Below are positions 8,099-17,661 of a stretch of 64,000 nt of DNA, in pieces. Position 1 is the first letter of the stretch, and each line of letters begins with the position of its first letter. The stretch spans positions 3,494 to 67,493 of the forward strand of contig DAOLDD010000014.1 in the NCBI GenBank assembly GCA_035327585.1, in the 5' to 3' direction. Origin of the DNA: Kiritimatiellia bacterium. GTDB taxonomy: Bacteria; Verrucomicrobiota; Kiritimatiellia; CAIVKH01. Made by a program: the position numbers and the translations under genes. Below the pieces are notes generated by a model that searched no databases, was not told the DNA's origin, and was given only the letters and a program-made list of their open reading frames with translations.

Positions 8099-10117
8099 TT
8101 ACAGTTGTTGGGCGATCTTTTCGACCTCGTACACCTCGACGACGTCGCCCGGTTCAAAGTCGCCGAAATGATCCAGCCGCAGGCCGCACTCCTGGCCCTC
8201 GCGCACCTCGGCCGCCTCGTTCTGGAAGCGGCGCAGGGTGGAGACGCTGCCCTCGTACAATACATCGCCCCGGCGCTTGACGCGCGCGCGCCCGCGCGCG
8301 GTGATGCGGCCGTCGGTGACAATGCAGCCGGCGACCTTGCCCTTTTTGCCGAGATCGAAAAGCTGTTTGACCTGCGCATGGCCGAGGATCGTCTCGCGGA
8401 CGATCGGCTCCAGCAGGCCCTGCATCAGCTCCTTCAACTCGTCCAGCATCTCGTAAATGATGCTGTAGAGCCGCACCTCGACGCCCTCGCGCTTCGCGGC
8501 GGAGGAGACTTCCGTGTCCTTGCTGACATGGAAGCCGAGGATGATCGCCTTGGACGCGCTGGCCAGCAATACATCGTTCACATTGATGTTGCCGATGCCG
8601 GCGAGGACGATTTGGTGGTCCACCTTGTCGCTTTTGATGTTGCCGATGGCGTATTGGAGCGCCTCCAGCGAACCCTGCGTGTCCACCTTGAGCAACATCG
8701 AAAGCGTCTTCCTGCCCGCCTCGGCGCCTGCCTGGAACAGGTCCTCCAGCGAAGCGCGCTTCGGCGACTGGCCGGCGAGCGATTCCTCGCGTTTGACGAA
8801 CTGACGCGCATCCGACTCGGCGCGCGCGGCTTTCTCGTCCGCCATTACGGTAAATTCCGCGCCGGCTTCCGGGACGCCGGACAGGCCGAGACATTTCACG
8901 GCATCCGACGGCCCCACGCTCTTCACGCGTTCGCCACGGTCGTTGATGAGCGCCTTGATGCGGCCCCAGTGCAGGCCGCACAGCACCGCGTCGCCAACCT
9001 TGAGGGTGCCCTCGCGCAGCAGCAGCGTCGCCGTGGGGCCCATGCCGGGCTCCATGCGCGCCTCGACCACGAAGCCCTGCGCGGGCTTGCGCGGGTTCGC
9101 CTTGAGCTCGAGGATTTCCGCCTGTGCGATGATGTTTTCGAGAAACTCGGGTATGCCGTCGCCGTTCAGCGCGCTGACCGGGCAGCAAATCACGTCGCCG
9201 CCCCAATCCTCCGGGTTGATGCCCAGGGCCTGGAGCTGCTGCTTGACGCGGTCGCCGTTGAATGCGCGCAGGTCCTTCTTGTTCAGCGCGACCATGATGG
9301 CGACCTTCGCGGCCTGCGCGTGCTGGATGGCCTCCTTGGTCTGCGGCATGATGCCGTCCACGCCGTCAATCACGATGACCGCGATGTCGGTGAGGTTCGC
9401 GCCGCGCGCGCGCATCGCCGTGAAGGCCTCGTGGCCGGGCGTGTCCAGGAAGGTGATCTTGTGCTTGTCCTTGCCGCCGACCGTGACGGTGTAGGCGCCG
9501 ATGTGCTGCGTGATGCCGCCATCCTCGCCGGCCGCGACGCGGCTGTTGCGGATCTTGTCGAGCAGCGACGTTTTGCCATGGTCGACATGGCCCATGAAGA
9601 CGACGACCGGCGGGCGGGTGACGATGTTCTCGGGAACGTCGATTTTCTCGACGACCGGCTTCACCTTCGGCTTCGGCGGCGGCGGCGGGGGCTTGACCTC
9701 CACCTTCTTTTCCAGTTCGACCGTCCACTCCCACTTCGCGGCGATCTGCTGCGCGATCTTCATCTCGATCTTCTGGTTGATCGAGGCGAAGATGTTCATC
9801 TTCATCAATTCGGCGATGAGCAGGTTGGGCTTCACGCCCATGTGCTCGGCGAATTCGCGCACGATGATCGGAAAGCCCGGTTTGACCGTGATCACCTTGC
9901 GATCGGGCGCGGACGACACGGGCGCATCCGAATGCGCCGCCTCGGCGGGCGAGGGTTCCGCGGCCGCGGGCGCATAGGCGCCGCGAAGCGCCGCGACCTG
10001 TTCGGCGGTCAGTACGCTCATATGGTTGCGCACTTCGCCCGCGTTCAAGGCCTGCAATTTTTCAATCAGGTCCTTGGTCGGCCGCTCCAGCTCTTTGGCT
10101 AGCTCAAAAACTCTCAT
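8099..10117 (-). CDS. infB: translation initiation factor IF-2
   Basis: G-domain motifs GHVDHGKTSLLD, DTPGH and NKKD, followed by the C-terminal beta-barrel domains; 672 aa. Confidence 0.95.
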   Translation of the reverse strand: MRVFELAKELERPTKDLIEKLQALNAGEVRNHMSVLTAEQVAALRGAYAPAAAEPSPAEAAHSDAPVSSAPDRKVITVKPGFPIIVREFAEHMGVKPNLLIAELMKMNIFASINQKIEMKIAQQIAAKWEWTVELEKKVEVKPPPPPPKPKVKPVVEKIDVPENIVTRPPVVVFMGHVDHGKTSLLDKIRNSRVAAGEDGGITQHIGAYTVTVGGKDKHKITFLDTPGHEAFTAMRARGANLTDIAVIVIDGVDGIMPQTKEAIQHAQAAKVAIMVALNKKDLRAFNGDRVKQQLQALGINPEDWGGDVICCPVSALNGDGIPEFLENIIAQAEILELKANPRKPAQGFVVEARMEPGMGPTATLLLREGTLKVGDAVLCGLHWGRIKALINDRGERVKSVGPSDAVKCLGLSGVPEAGAEFTVMADEKAARAESDARQFVKREESLAGQSPKRASLEDLFQAGAEAGRKTLSMLLKVDTQGSLEALQYAIGNIKSDKVDHQIVLAGIGNINVNDVLLASASKAIILGFHVSKDTEVSSAAKREGVEVRLYSIIYEMLDELKELMQGLLEPIVRETILGHAQVKQLFDLGKKGKVAGCIVTDGRITARGRARVKRRGDVLYEGSVSTLRRFQNEAAEVREGQECGLRLDHFGDFEPGDVVEVYEVEKIAQQL

Positions 10118-11415
10118 GACGCTCCCGGCTCCGGGCTCGACGGCGCGCCAGTCGGCGGGGCGGATTCAGCGGAGCCTCCGCGCGCCTCCGCGGCGGCGCG
10201 CACCGCGGCGGCGTCCTCCGGCGTGAAGCCCTCAATGGCCTGCAAATCCTCCACATCGGCGGCGAGAATGCCGTCGAGCGTGAGAAAGCCCGAGTGGACG
10301 AGCTGTGCCGCCCGCGTGGCGCCAATGCCGTCGATCGCGGCCAGCGCCGCAACGGCGTTGGCGACCTTCTCCTCGAAGCCGATCGCCGACTCATCCTTTT
10401 GGATGTCGATCTTCCAGCCGGTCAGCTTGGACGTGAGCCGCGCATTCTGGCCCTTCTTGCCGATGGCGAGCGAAAGCTGGTCCGGCGCAACAATGACATT
10501 CACGGTGTGCGACGCTTCGTCCACCGCGACCTTGGTCAGCTTCGCGGGCGCCAGCGCGTTCGTCACGAACACCTTGACGTCCTCGTTCCAGCGCACGATA
10601 TCGATTTTCTCGCCCGACAATTCGCGGACGATGTTCTTCACGCGGATGCCGCGCATGCCGACGCACGCGCCGACCGGATCGACCTTTTCGTCGCGCGAGA
10701 CGACGGCGATTTTGCTGCGGAAACCCGGCTCGCGCGCGATGCCGCGCATCTCAACCGTCTTGTCGTTGATCTCCGAAACCTCGAGCTCAAACAGCCGCTT
10801 TACAAAGTCGGGATGGCTGCGCGTCAGGACGATGCGGGTGCCGGAGGCATCGCTCGTCACATCGAGGACCAGCGCGCGAATCTTATCGCCCACCTGGTAT
10901 TCCTCAATGGGCACGCGCTCCTTGGCCGGCAGCACCGCCTCGGCGAAGCCGTCGAGCCCGAGAATCACGTCGCTGCGCTCGAACCGGCGCACCGTCCCAC
11001 TGACGATGTCGCCAACACGGTTCTTGTATTCATCAAACACCTTGTCGCGCTCCGCCTGGCGGATTCGGTTGAGAATCGCCTGCTTCGCCGTCTGCGCGGC
11101 GATGCGTCCGAAATTTTTCGGCGTCACTTCGACTTCAAGAAAATCGCCGAGCTTCGCGTCCGCCTTGATGCGCTGGGCGGCCTGAAGCCCGATTTCGTCG
11201 TGCGAGGCGCGCACGCGTTCTACCACCTGGACGCGTGCCAACGCCTTGATATCGCAGGTTTTGCGATCAATTTCGATGCGCAGATCCTTGGCAGGGCTGA
11301 CGCTCTTCTTGGAAGCCGTCATCAATGCGCCCTCAACGGCCTTGATCAGCGTCTCGCGCTCAATGCCGCGCTCGCGCTCCATATAGTCTAAAACTGCAAG
11401 CAACTCATTATTCAT
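10114..11415 (-). CDS. nusA: transcription termination/antitermination factor NusA
   Basis: N-terminal NusA domain, S1 and KH domains (GxxG motifs), and a C-terminal acidic repeat region; overlaps infB by 4 nt. Confidence 0.95.
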   Translation of the reverse strand: MNNELLAVLDYMERERGIERETLIKAVEGALMTASKKSVSPAKDLRIEIDRKTCDIKALARVQVVERVRASHDEIGLQAAQRIKADAKLGDFLEVEVTPKNFGRIAAQTAKQAILNRIRQAERDKVFDEYKNRVGDIVSGTVRRFERSDVILGLDGFAEAVLPAKERVPIEEYQVGDKIRALVLDVTSDASGTRIVLTRSHPDFVKRLFELEVSEINDKTVEMRGIAREPGFRSKIAVVSRDEKVDPVGACVGMRGIRVKNIVRELSGEKIDIVRWNEDVKVFVTNALAPAKLTKVAVDEASHTVNVIVAPDQLSLAIGKKGQNARLTSKLTGWKIDIQKDESAIGFEEKVANAVAALAAIDGIGATRAAQLVHSGFLTLDGILAADVEDLQAIEGFTPEDAAAVRAAAEARGGSAESAPPTGAPSSPEPGAS

Positions 11416-11467
11416 GACTTACACTCCAACCGGACCGCCGGTTGCCCCCATGCGACGCCGTGTCTAC

Positions 11468-11499
11468 AGACACAAAAGAGTGGGTTGTGACCCACTCTT
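11468..11499 (-). terminator. intrinsic-terminator-like hairpin with U-tract in the nusA 5' leader (candidate attenuator)
   Basis: On the minus strand, a 10-bp perfect stem (AGAGTGGGTC/ACAACCCACTCT flanking a 4-nt loop) is followed by UUUUGUGUCUGU. It lies about 55-85 nt upstream of the nusA ATG. Confidence 0.5.
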
Positions 11500-11856
11500 C
11501 GCCAGCGGCCGCACAGATAACCGGTATAGACTGCCCGCAGCAGCCATACCGGTCAAGTGGTAAAAGCGGCCATTGGCGTTTTGGATGTGATCCGACAAAT
11601 CCTCGTCTCACGCGGCGCAGGATTTAAGCTCACCGATTTCTCGCCTAATGCCCGGGTTAAACTATTGACCTCCGACCCGGGTTTTCGGATGCTTGATCGT
11701 TGGTGGGGAAGTCGTCTTCACCTGTCGGCACGCACTCGTGGGGTGTGCAGTGATGTCGAGAGAGGTAAACTTTAAGTTCGGGACAGCGTAGCTTAAGAAC
11801 TGTGGGCGGGGGCTCCCTTGGGGGGCGCGTCGGGCCGCTTGCGTCACAACGGGAAC

Positions 11857-12486
11857 ATGAGGGCATTGCTACACAAATCGCGGCACGCGGTGGCCGTTGC
11901 GCTTTGCGCGCTCGGCTTGGCCGCAGCGCCGGCCGACGCCGCCATCGTCGACCTTGATGCCTATGTCCTGAATCCGATTCTTCAGGACGACGGCATCACG
12001 CCGCTCGCGGACGGTTCCTGGGTCATGATTATCGGCAGTTGGGATGGAACGATCGACCCGATGGTGCAAATAGGACCCGACTACATCGCCGCCTCGGTCA
12101 CCGGCGACGACGTCATCCTCGGCATTGTACAAATCGACAGCCTCTTCGGCCCCGGCACCTTCGGCACCACGGTCCAGTACGACTCCACCCTGGTTAACAA
12201 TGTCTACATCCGCTTCTTCGATACAACCGGGCCGCTGACGGGTATGATCTGGTGGGGTACATCCCCGATGATTGGGCCGGTTGGCGTAACGCTCGGCGTG
12301 ACCACCGTTCAGTTCGATCCCGGGGGAAGCCTGCAGGTAGATCAGGAAAACAACTTCGTCATCATCCCGGAACCGGGCACGGCCAATTTGTTGCTGCTGG
12401 TGGGCGGCATGATCTGGGCCATGCGCGCAAAGATGGCGCGAAAGAAAAACAAGGATCAGGAAGAAACCGGGCGCGAAAGCAGCTAG
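11857..12486 (+). CDS. PEP-CTERM sorting-domain secreted protein
   Basis: Signal peptide [28 protein letters not shown]. The C-terminus is [31 protein letters not shown], which is a PEP motif plus a TM helix plus a basic cluster (exosortase substrate signature). The longer ORF-track start at 11818 is rejected. Confidence 0.8.
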   Translation: MRALLHKSRHAVAVALCALGLAAAPADAAIVDLDAYVLNPILQDDGITPLADGSWVMIIGSWDGTIDPMVQIGPDYIAASVTGDDVILGIVQIDSLFGPGTFGTTVQYDSTLVNNVYIRFFDTTGPLTGMIWWGTSPMIGPVGVTLGVTTVQFDPGGSLQVDQENNFVIIPEPGTANLLLLVGGMIWAMRAKMARKKNKDQEETGRESS

Positions 12487-12497
12487 CGGACGATATC

Positions 12498-13388
12498 ATG
12501 AAGCGCATTCTTCGAACGGGCCTGTTGGGGGCAGCCTGTTGGATCGCCGGCCACGCATACGGCCTGCAGGTTCCGCTCCACTTCAGCATCACCAATACCG
12601 TGCTCAATGAGTTCGGGCAGGTCCTTCCAGGCTCCTCCGTGCAAGCGCCGGCCTTTAACCAGCCGTACGTCGAGGGCGCCTTGGTCCAGGTTCTGAACGT
12701 CAGCGGCGGCACGCTCCCGCCGGACACAAACGGCGTGCCGCACCCCAGCAACGCGATATTGCTCCAGACCCGCATCGGCGAGGGTATCGATCCCAAACAA
12801 GCCACATCCGGCCGCAGCAGCGGGTCCATCACAGCGCTTAACCGCTCGTCCAGCAGCACCGGCATCTTCATCAAGGTTCGTGTATTCAACAAACCGACCC
12901 TTGAGGAGTCCTCTTTCTATGGCGAGTCCCAGGCGTTTAATGTGCCGACATACGACACCGCGCCCTACGATGTGTTCCTGGCCAGCGTATCCGCCACCAC
13001 CAACGAACTCGACACCACGGACCACGACGGGGACGGCCTGAGCCGCTCGTGGGAGAAAAGTTACGGCACGGACCCCGCCAAGGCGGATACCGACGACGAT
13101 GGCATGATCGATGGCCACGAAATCCGCGCGGGCACCGACGCCACCGATCCCGACTCGCTGCTCATCGTCGTCCACCTCACGCCGGGCAACGGCAACGACC
13201 TGCAACTGTCTTGGGATACCGTGCCTGGCAAGGCGTACCAGCTCCAAATGATGGAAGCCATGACCAACGGGGCCTTCTTCGCCGACATCGAGGCGCCGGT
13301 GACGGCAACCGGCATGGTCACCAGCATCGTCGTCCCCGACGGCCTGCTCAACCCGCAATCGCTCTACCGCGTCCGCCTCGACGACTGA
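12498..13388 (+). CDS. secreted protein with thrombospondin-type-3-like Ca-binding repeats
   Basis: Signal peptide [22 protein letters not shown]. Carries DxDxDG repeats ([25 protein letters not shown]). Start set at ATG 12498; the ORF-track start overlaps the previous gene. Confidence 0.65.
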   Translation: MKRILRTGLLGAACWIAGHAYGLQVPLHFSITNTVLNEFGQVLPGSSVQAPAFNQPYVEGALVQVLNVSGGTLPPDTNGVPHPSNAILLQTRIGEGIDPKQATSGRSSGSITALNRSSSSTGIFIKVRVFNKPTLEESSFYGESQAFNVPTYDTAPYDVFLASVSATTNELDTTDHDGDGLSRSWEKSYGTDPAKADTDDDGMIDGHEIRAGTDATDPDSLLIVVHLTPGNGNDLQLSWDTVPGKAYQLQMMEAMTNGAFFADIEAPVTATGMVTSIVVPDGLLNPQSLYRVRLDD

Positions 13389-13439
13389 TCGACGCCGGAC
13401 TTGTGCGGAGCGGGTTTCGTGGCATCATATCCACCCGTC

Positions 13440-14687
13440 ATGAACTCCTCCCCGTCCCGTGAACCCGTGCGCCCCATCGTGCTCGGCATTTGTGGCGGCA
13501 TTGCGGCCTACAAGGCCGTCGACGTCGCGAGCCGGTTGCGCAAGGCCGGCCACGATGTCCACGTGGCCATGACCGAGGCGGCCGCCGCCTTTGTCACGCC
13601 GCTCACCTTCGCCGCCGTTTCCGGCAATCCCGTCCTGGATCGCCTGCTGCCCGCAGCGGACGCCGGCGGCGAGCGTTCCTATCCACATCTCTATCCCGCC
13701 ACGCGCGCGGCGGCGTTCATCGTCCTGCCCGCGACCGCCAATACGCTCGCCAAACTCGCACACGGCCTCGCACCCGACCTCGTCGCAGCCTGCGCGCTCT
13801 CACTGCCCGCCGACTGCGCGCGCATCATCTGCCCGGCCATGAACGTGGAAATGTGGCGCAACCCTGTTGTACAGGACAATGTCCGGACCCTCGAAGCGCG
13901 CGGCTGGCTGCGCGTCGGCCCCACCAGCGGCGCGCTCGCGTGCGGCATGGAGGGCGAAGGTCGCCTGAGCGAACCGGCGGACATCGTCGCGACGCTGAAC
14001 GCGCAGCTCAACGCGGCGCGCTCGCTCGCGACCCGGCGTGTACTCGTGCTTTCGGGCCCGACGCGCGAGCACTTTGATCCGGTGCGGTTTATCGGCAATC
14101 CCAGCTCCGGAAAAATGGGCCGCGCGCTCGCCGAGGCAGCGGCCCGCGCGGGCGCGCACGTCGATTTCATCACCGGGCCCGTTCCGGAGGAAAACCTGCC
14201 GCGCCACCCCGCGATCACCATCGAGCGCATCACCAGCGCCGAAGACCTGCTCGCCGCCGCACGCGCGCGATTCGACGCGGCGGACATCGTGATTTACGCC
14301 GCCGCCGTCGCCGACTACCGCCCCGTACGGTACCAGCACGAGAAGCTGCCCAAACGAACCGGCGCGCTGACGCTGAATCTCGAGGCCACGCCCGATGTCG
14401 CCGCCGCGCTCAATGCGCAAAAACGTCCCGGCCAGGTCGCCATTGGCTTCGCCCTGCAAACGCATGACGGCGCCGCGAAGGCCGCGGAAAAAATGGCCCG
14501 CAAACAATTCGACGGCATCGTCCTCAACGCGCTCGACGCCCTCGGCGGAGACACCGGCGGCTACACGTGGATCGAACCCGGCGCCGCTCCCCAACCGTGG
14601 GGTACCCTCGCCAAACCCGACTGCGCCCTCCGCATCCTCGCCCGCGCCGCCGAATGGCTCGCCGCCAAACGCGCCGCTCAACCTTGA
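13440..14687 (+). CDS. coaBC: bifunctional phosphopantothenoylcysteine decarboxylase / phosphopantothenate-cysteine ligase
   Basis: N-terminal flavoprotein domain ([15 protein letters not shown]), C-terminal CoaB ligase domain (GNPSSGKMG), about 415 aa. Confidence 0.9.
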   Translation: MNSSPSREPVRPIVLGICGGIAAYKAVDVASRLRKAGHDVHVAMTEAAAAFVTPLTFAAVSGNPVLDRLLPAADAGGERSYPHLYPATRAAAFIVLPATANTLAKLAHGLAPDLVAACALSLPADCARIICPAMNVEMWRNPVVQDNVRTLEARGWLRVGPTSGALACGMEGEGRLSEPADIVATLNAQLNAARSLATRRVLVLSGPTREHFDPVRFIGNPSSGKMGRALAEAAARAGAHVDFITGPVPEENLPRHPAITIERITSAEDLLAAARARFDAADIVIYAAAVADYRPVRYQHEKLPKRTGALTLNLEATPDVAAALNAQKRPGQVAIGFALQTHDGAAKAAEKMARKQFDGIVLNALDALGGDTGGYTWIEPGAAPQPWGTLAKPDCALRILARAAEWLAAKRAAQP

Positions 14688-14730
14688 GCGAAATCGGGCA
14701 ATCACTCATCCAGGCAGCCCCCCCCTCGCA

Positions 14731-14757
14731 CCCCGCAAGGGGATGCTCCCCTTTTTA
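14731..14757 (+). terminator. putative intrinsic terminator downstream of coaBC
   Basis: Hairpin AGGGGA-TGC-TCCCCT (or the alternative CCCC-GCAA-GGGG) followed by TTTTTAAAG. Confidence 0.45.
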
Positions 14758-14937
14758 AAGTAATTCTCGAAAGTTTTGTCCTGTTGGTTGTAGCGACGGG
14801 ATTTCATCCCGTCGGCCCAAATCCGACGGCCGTCGCTACAGCGGTTCATGACAAAACCTTTGAGAGTTACTCCAGTTGTTGTAACCGAGCCCGCTGGCAC
14901 GGAACAGCCATCTTCAGCAGCATCCTATTTGCTATTT

Positions 14938-14978
14938 TGGGGGCTGACCCCATTTTGCCCCCATTTTGTCGTTTTGCC
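14938..14978 (+). terminator. putative intrinsic terminator (second, about 250 nt downstream of coaBC)
   Basis: Stem TGGGGGC...GCCCCCA followed by TTTTGTCGTTTTGCC. There is no annotated + strand CDS between the two terminators. Confidence 0.4.
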
Positions 14979-15002
14979 TGATCTTTTACAAACCGCGGCT
15001 CC

Positions 15003-15884
15003 CTATTCGCGTGGTTCGCGGGTACCCGCTTCGTCCGCGGCTGCACGCTGCATCAGCCAGTCGGCCAGCGCCTCGGCGCCCTGCAGCCAGCGAGGGCCGG
15101 GGCGCAGGAGCCAGTCGGACGGAATTTCGCTGCAAATCGCGCCGCGCTCGACCGCGGGCAAACGCCGCCAGCCGGGCCGGCGCGCCAGATAGCCCGCGCC
15201 CGGCTCGGCGCGCGGGATCATGTAGGCGAGCACAATCACGTCGGGCTTCTGCTGCAAAATCCACTCCGCGCTTACGTGCGCGTAAGGCCGGTCCAGCGCC
15301 GCGCCGAGATTACGTCCGCCCGCGAGTTCCACGAGGTCGTGCAGAAACGACGGACGTCCCGGCGTCGTCAGCGGATCACTCCATACCTCGACATACGTCA
15401 GCGGCCGCGCGCGCGCCGCCCAGTACGCGTCCACCCGCCGCGCCAGCGCATCGCGTCGCGCACGCGCATGCGCCACCCAACGCGCCGCGCCATCCGGATC
15501 GTCCAGCGCCGTGCCCAGCGCCTCCACCGCCGCCATCATCTGTTCCCAACTCTCGCACGGCAACCGCAGGAACTGGATGCCCGCCGCGCGCAGCGCATCC
15601 GCGAGCCCCGGCCGCTCCACGTCCGTACTCACCACCACGTCCGGCTTCGCGCGCAGCAGCCACTCCAGGTTCGGCCGCCCGAATGAACCGGCCACCGGCA
15701 GCGTCGCCGCCTCCGGCGGAAAATCGCACGCGTCCGACCGCGCCATGAGCCGGTCGCCCCACCCCGCGTCGTAAATGAGTTCGGTGAACGACGGCGCCAG
15801 GCTTGCGATCCGCCGCACGGGCTCGCCAGCTCCCGCCACGCGACACGCAGCCAGCAGGAGCAAAAAAATCAGAACATTGCGCAT
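15003..15884 (-). CDS. ABC transporter periplasmic substrate-binding protein, BtuF/FhuD-like (cobalamin/iron-siderophore/heme class)
   Basis: Signal peptide, then IASLAPSFTELIYDAGWGDRL and PDVVV...PDVIVL blocks typical of helical-backbone (class III) binding proteins; 293 aa. Confidence 0.75.
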   Translation of the reverse strand: MRNVLIFLLLLAACRVAGAGEPVRRIASLAPSFTELIYDAGWGDRLMARSDACDFPPEAATLPVAGSFGRPNLEWLLRAKPDVVVSTDVERPGLADALRAAGIQFLRLPCESWEQMMAAVEALGTALDDPDGAARWVAHARARRDALARRVDAYWAARARPLTYVEVWSDPLTTPGRPSFLHDLVELAGGRNLGAALDRPYAHVSAEWILQQKPDVIVLAYMIPRAEPGAGYLARRPGWRRLPAVERGAICSEIPSDWLLRPGPRWLQGAEALADWLMQRAAADEAGTREPRE

Positions 15885-16105
15885 GCCCCATTCCTACCAC
15901 GAACCCGTCGCACGGTCACGGACCACCGCCCGCCATCCGCCTCTTATAGGACTTTCCCAAGCTTTGTTTGCCCCCACCGGCCTTGCGCCGGTGGAGCAAA
16001 AGTTCCTCGGCTACCGGGACACAAGGGGATCACCCGCCATCCGCCTCGTCCGTTGACACCTGCAAGGGCGCGTGCAAATATGGCTCCACTTTTCGGGAGA
16101 TCATC

Positions 16106-16606
16106 ATGGCTGTACTCATGGGCATGTCGGGCGACGTCAAAGGGAAGACGTTCCCCATCGGGGACGAGGGACTAACCCTCGGGCGCCATGCCGACAACCA
16201 GGTCTCCCTCAACAACGCCACCGTCTCGGGCCACCACGCCGTCATCAAGCGCGAGGGCGACCAATATATCCTGCGCGACCTCGGCTCCACCAACGGCTCC
16301 CGCGTCAACTCGCGCGAGATCAAGGAATCGCCGCTCCGCCCGAAGGACCTCGTTCAGATCGGCTCCGTCGAATTCCTCTTCAATTCCGAGGCGATGAGCT
16401 TCGAGGACGCACAGGCCGTCTTCACCCGCACCGAGGTGCTCGAAACCAAGGGAGGCACGGAAATGCCGGAATCGTTCGGCAACATCTCCCCGTTCGGCGC
16501 GCGCCGCCGCGAGAACCTGACGATCTGGATTCCAATCATCGCCGTGCTCGGCCTGCTCGCCGTCGGCGTGGTGATTTACCTCCTCATCAAGCTGTTCACC
16601 GCCTGA
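16106..16606 (+). CDS. FHA-domain protein with a C-terminal transmembrane anchor
   Basis: FHA motifs (LTLGRHADNQVSL...SGHHAVI...LRDLGSTNGSRVN) and a C-terminal TM helix IWIPIIAVLGLLAVGVVIYLLI. Start set at MAVLMGM (the ORF-track start at 15968 is rejected). Confidence 0.8.
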   Translation: MAVLMGMSGDVKGKTFPIGDEGLTLGRHADNQVSLNNATVSGHHAVIKREGDQYILRDLGSTNGSRVNSREIKESPLRPKDLVQIGSVEFLFNSEAMSFEDAQAVFTRTEVLETKGGTEMPESFGNISPFGARRRENLTIWIPIIAVLGLLAVGVVIYLLIKLFTA

Positions 16607-16618
16607 GGACCGCCCTCC

Positions 16619-17293
16619 GTGCGGCCCCTCTCGCCACCAAGCGCACGCGCGGCCCGGACCGCGAACGGCTTTACGCTGGTCGAACTCCTGCTCGCCGCCG
16701 CCATCGCGGTCCTCGTCGCCGCGCTCGCCTGGTCCCTGCTCTCCACCACGACGCGCTCGGTCGAATCGCAAATGGACCGGGCACGCGGCCCGGCGGCGGC
16801 CGCCGCCGCGATTGATCAACTCCGGTCGGACCTCAACGCCCTCTTCATCGCGGAGGACGACCCCGTCACCGCGCTCGAACTACAGTCGGGCAGCGACCAA
16901 CCCTTCTCCCTCACCTTCTGCACCATCCGCGCAACCGGGCGCACCCCCGACCTCGTGTGGACGGAACCGCGCCGCGTGGAATACCGGCTCGCCGCCTCCG
17001 GCGCGGATGAAGCCGCCAGCCTCGTCCGCCTTGAACAGTCGCTGTCCGGCCCCATCGAAACCGTCACCAACACCGTGCTCGACCGCGTCACCGCCCTGAA
17101 CCTCGCCTTCAGCGATGGCGAAACCTGGCACGCCACCTGGCCGCCCGCCGACCAGAACGACGCACGCCCCCGCGCCGCGCGCGCGACCATCCAATCCGGC
17201 AGCGGCGAGCCCGCGGAAGCCGAATTCTGGCTCCCCATCGGCCACGCCGTCACCTCCCGCCTCCTCCGCACCGGCCAGTCGGCGCCGGAATAG
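16619..17293 (+). CDS. prepilin-type N-terminal cleavage/methylation domain pseudopilin (GspJ/GspH-like)
   Basis: Leader ...ANG|FTLVELLLAAAIAVLVAALAWSLL, giving a G-F-T-L-V-E prepilin peptidase site with Glu at +5; 224 aa. Confidence 0.75.
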   Translation: MRPLSPPSARAARTANGFTLVELLLAAAIAVLVAALAWSLLSTTTRSVESQMDRARGPAAAAAAIDQLRSDLNALFIAEDDPVTALELQSGSDQPFSLTFCTIRATGRTPDLVWTEPRRVEYRLAASGADEAASLVRLEQSLSGPIETVTNTVLDRVTALNLAFSDGETWHATWPPADQNDARPRAARATIQSGSGEPAEAEFWLPIGHAVTSRLLRTGQSAPE

Positions 17294-17349
17294 CAAACCC
17301 ACGAATTCCCCCGGCTTGAGCCGCGCCGGACATCGCGTATAGTGCCGGC

Positions 17350-17661
17350 ATGCTGAGCGGAAAAATCATCGTCGGGTTGGTGCTCGTCGGCCTCGCGCTC
17401 ACTGGCGGCGGCTACGCCTCCTACACCAACGTGCGCGACGCCCGGGGCCCGCGCGAACGCCGCTTCGTCATCCGCGTCTGCGTGCTCGGCTGGCTGCTCA
17501 TCCTCTCCATGCTCGCCCTCGTCTATGCGCTGCCCGCGCCGTACCGCTACATCACCGCCCTCGTCTACTTCGTGGTCACGCCCGTCATCATCTACCGCTG
17601 GTCGCTCACCCACCAGTTGCTGCGCGTGCTCGACGAACGGGAACGCCCCGACGCGCCATGA
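17350..17661 (+). CDS. small membrane protein, hypothetical
   Basis: 103 aa with three hydrophobic helices; coding bias is consistent with the surrounding genes. Confidence 0.45.
   Translation: MLSGKIIVGLVLVGLALTGGGYASYTNVRDARGPRERRFVIRVCVLGWLLILSMLALVYALPAPYRYITALVYFVVTPVIIYRWSLTHQLLRVLDERERPDAP

Noticed and set aside
7715-10102. 795-aa + strand ORF antisense to infB/rbfA
   Set aside because: Shadow ORF of a high-GC gene. IF-2 G-domain motifs are on the minus strand.
11408-11611. 67-aa minus-strand ORF upstream of nusA as a possible rimP
   Set aside because: Far too short, Cys/Trp/Gly-rich, with no resemblance to RimP. The region is better explained as a structured leader.
14561-14600. 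GGGTTCGATCC T-loop-like motif on the minus strand inside coaBC
   Set aside because: No acceptor, D or anticodon stems can be built around it. It lies within a well-supported coding frame.
15885-16105. Possible cobalamin riboswitch upstream of the BtuF-like binding-protein gene
   Set aside because: Neither strand shows a convincing B12 box (GCCACUG) or the GGGAA/GGUG core spacing. The region is occupied by the hairpin repeat element and direct repeats instead. An Infernal scan with RF00174 would settle it.
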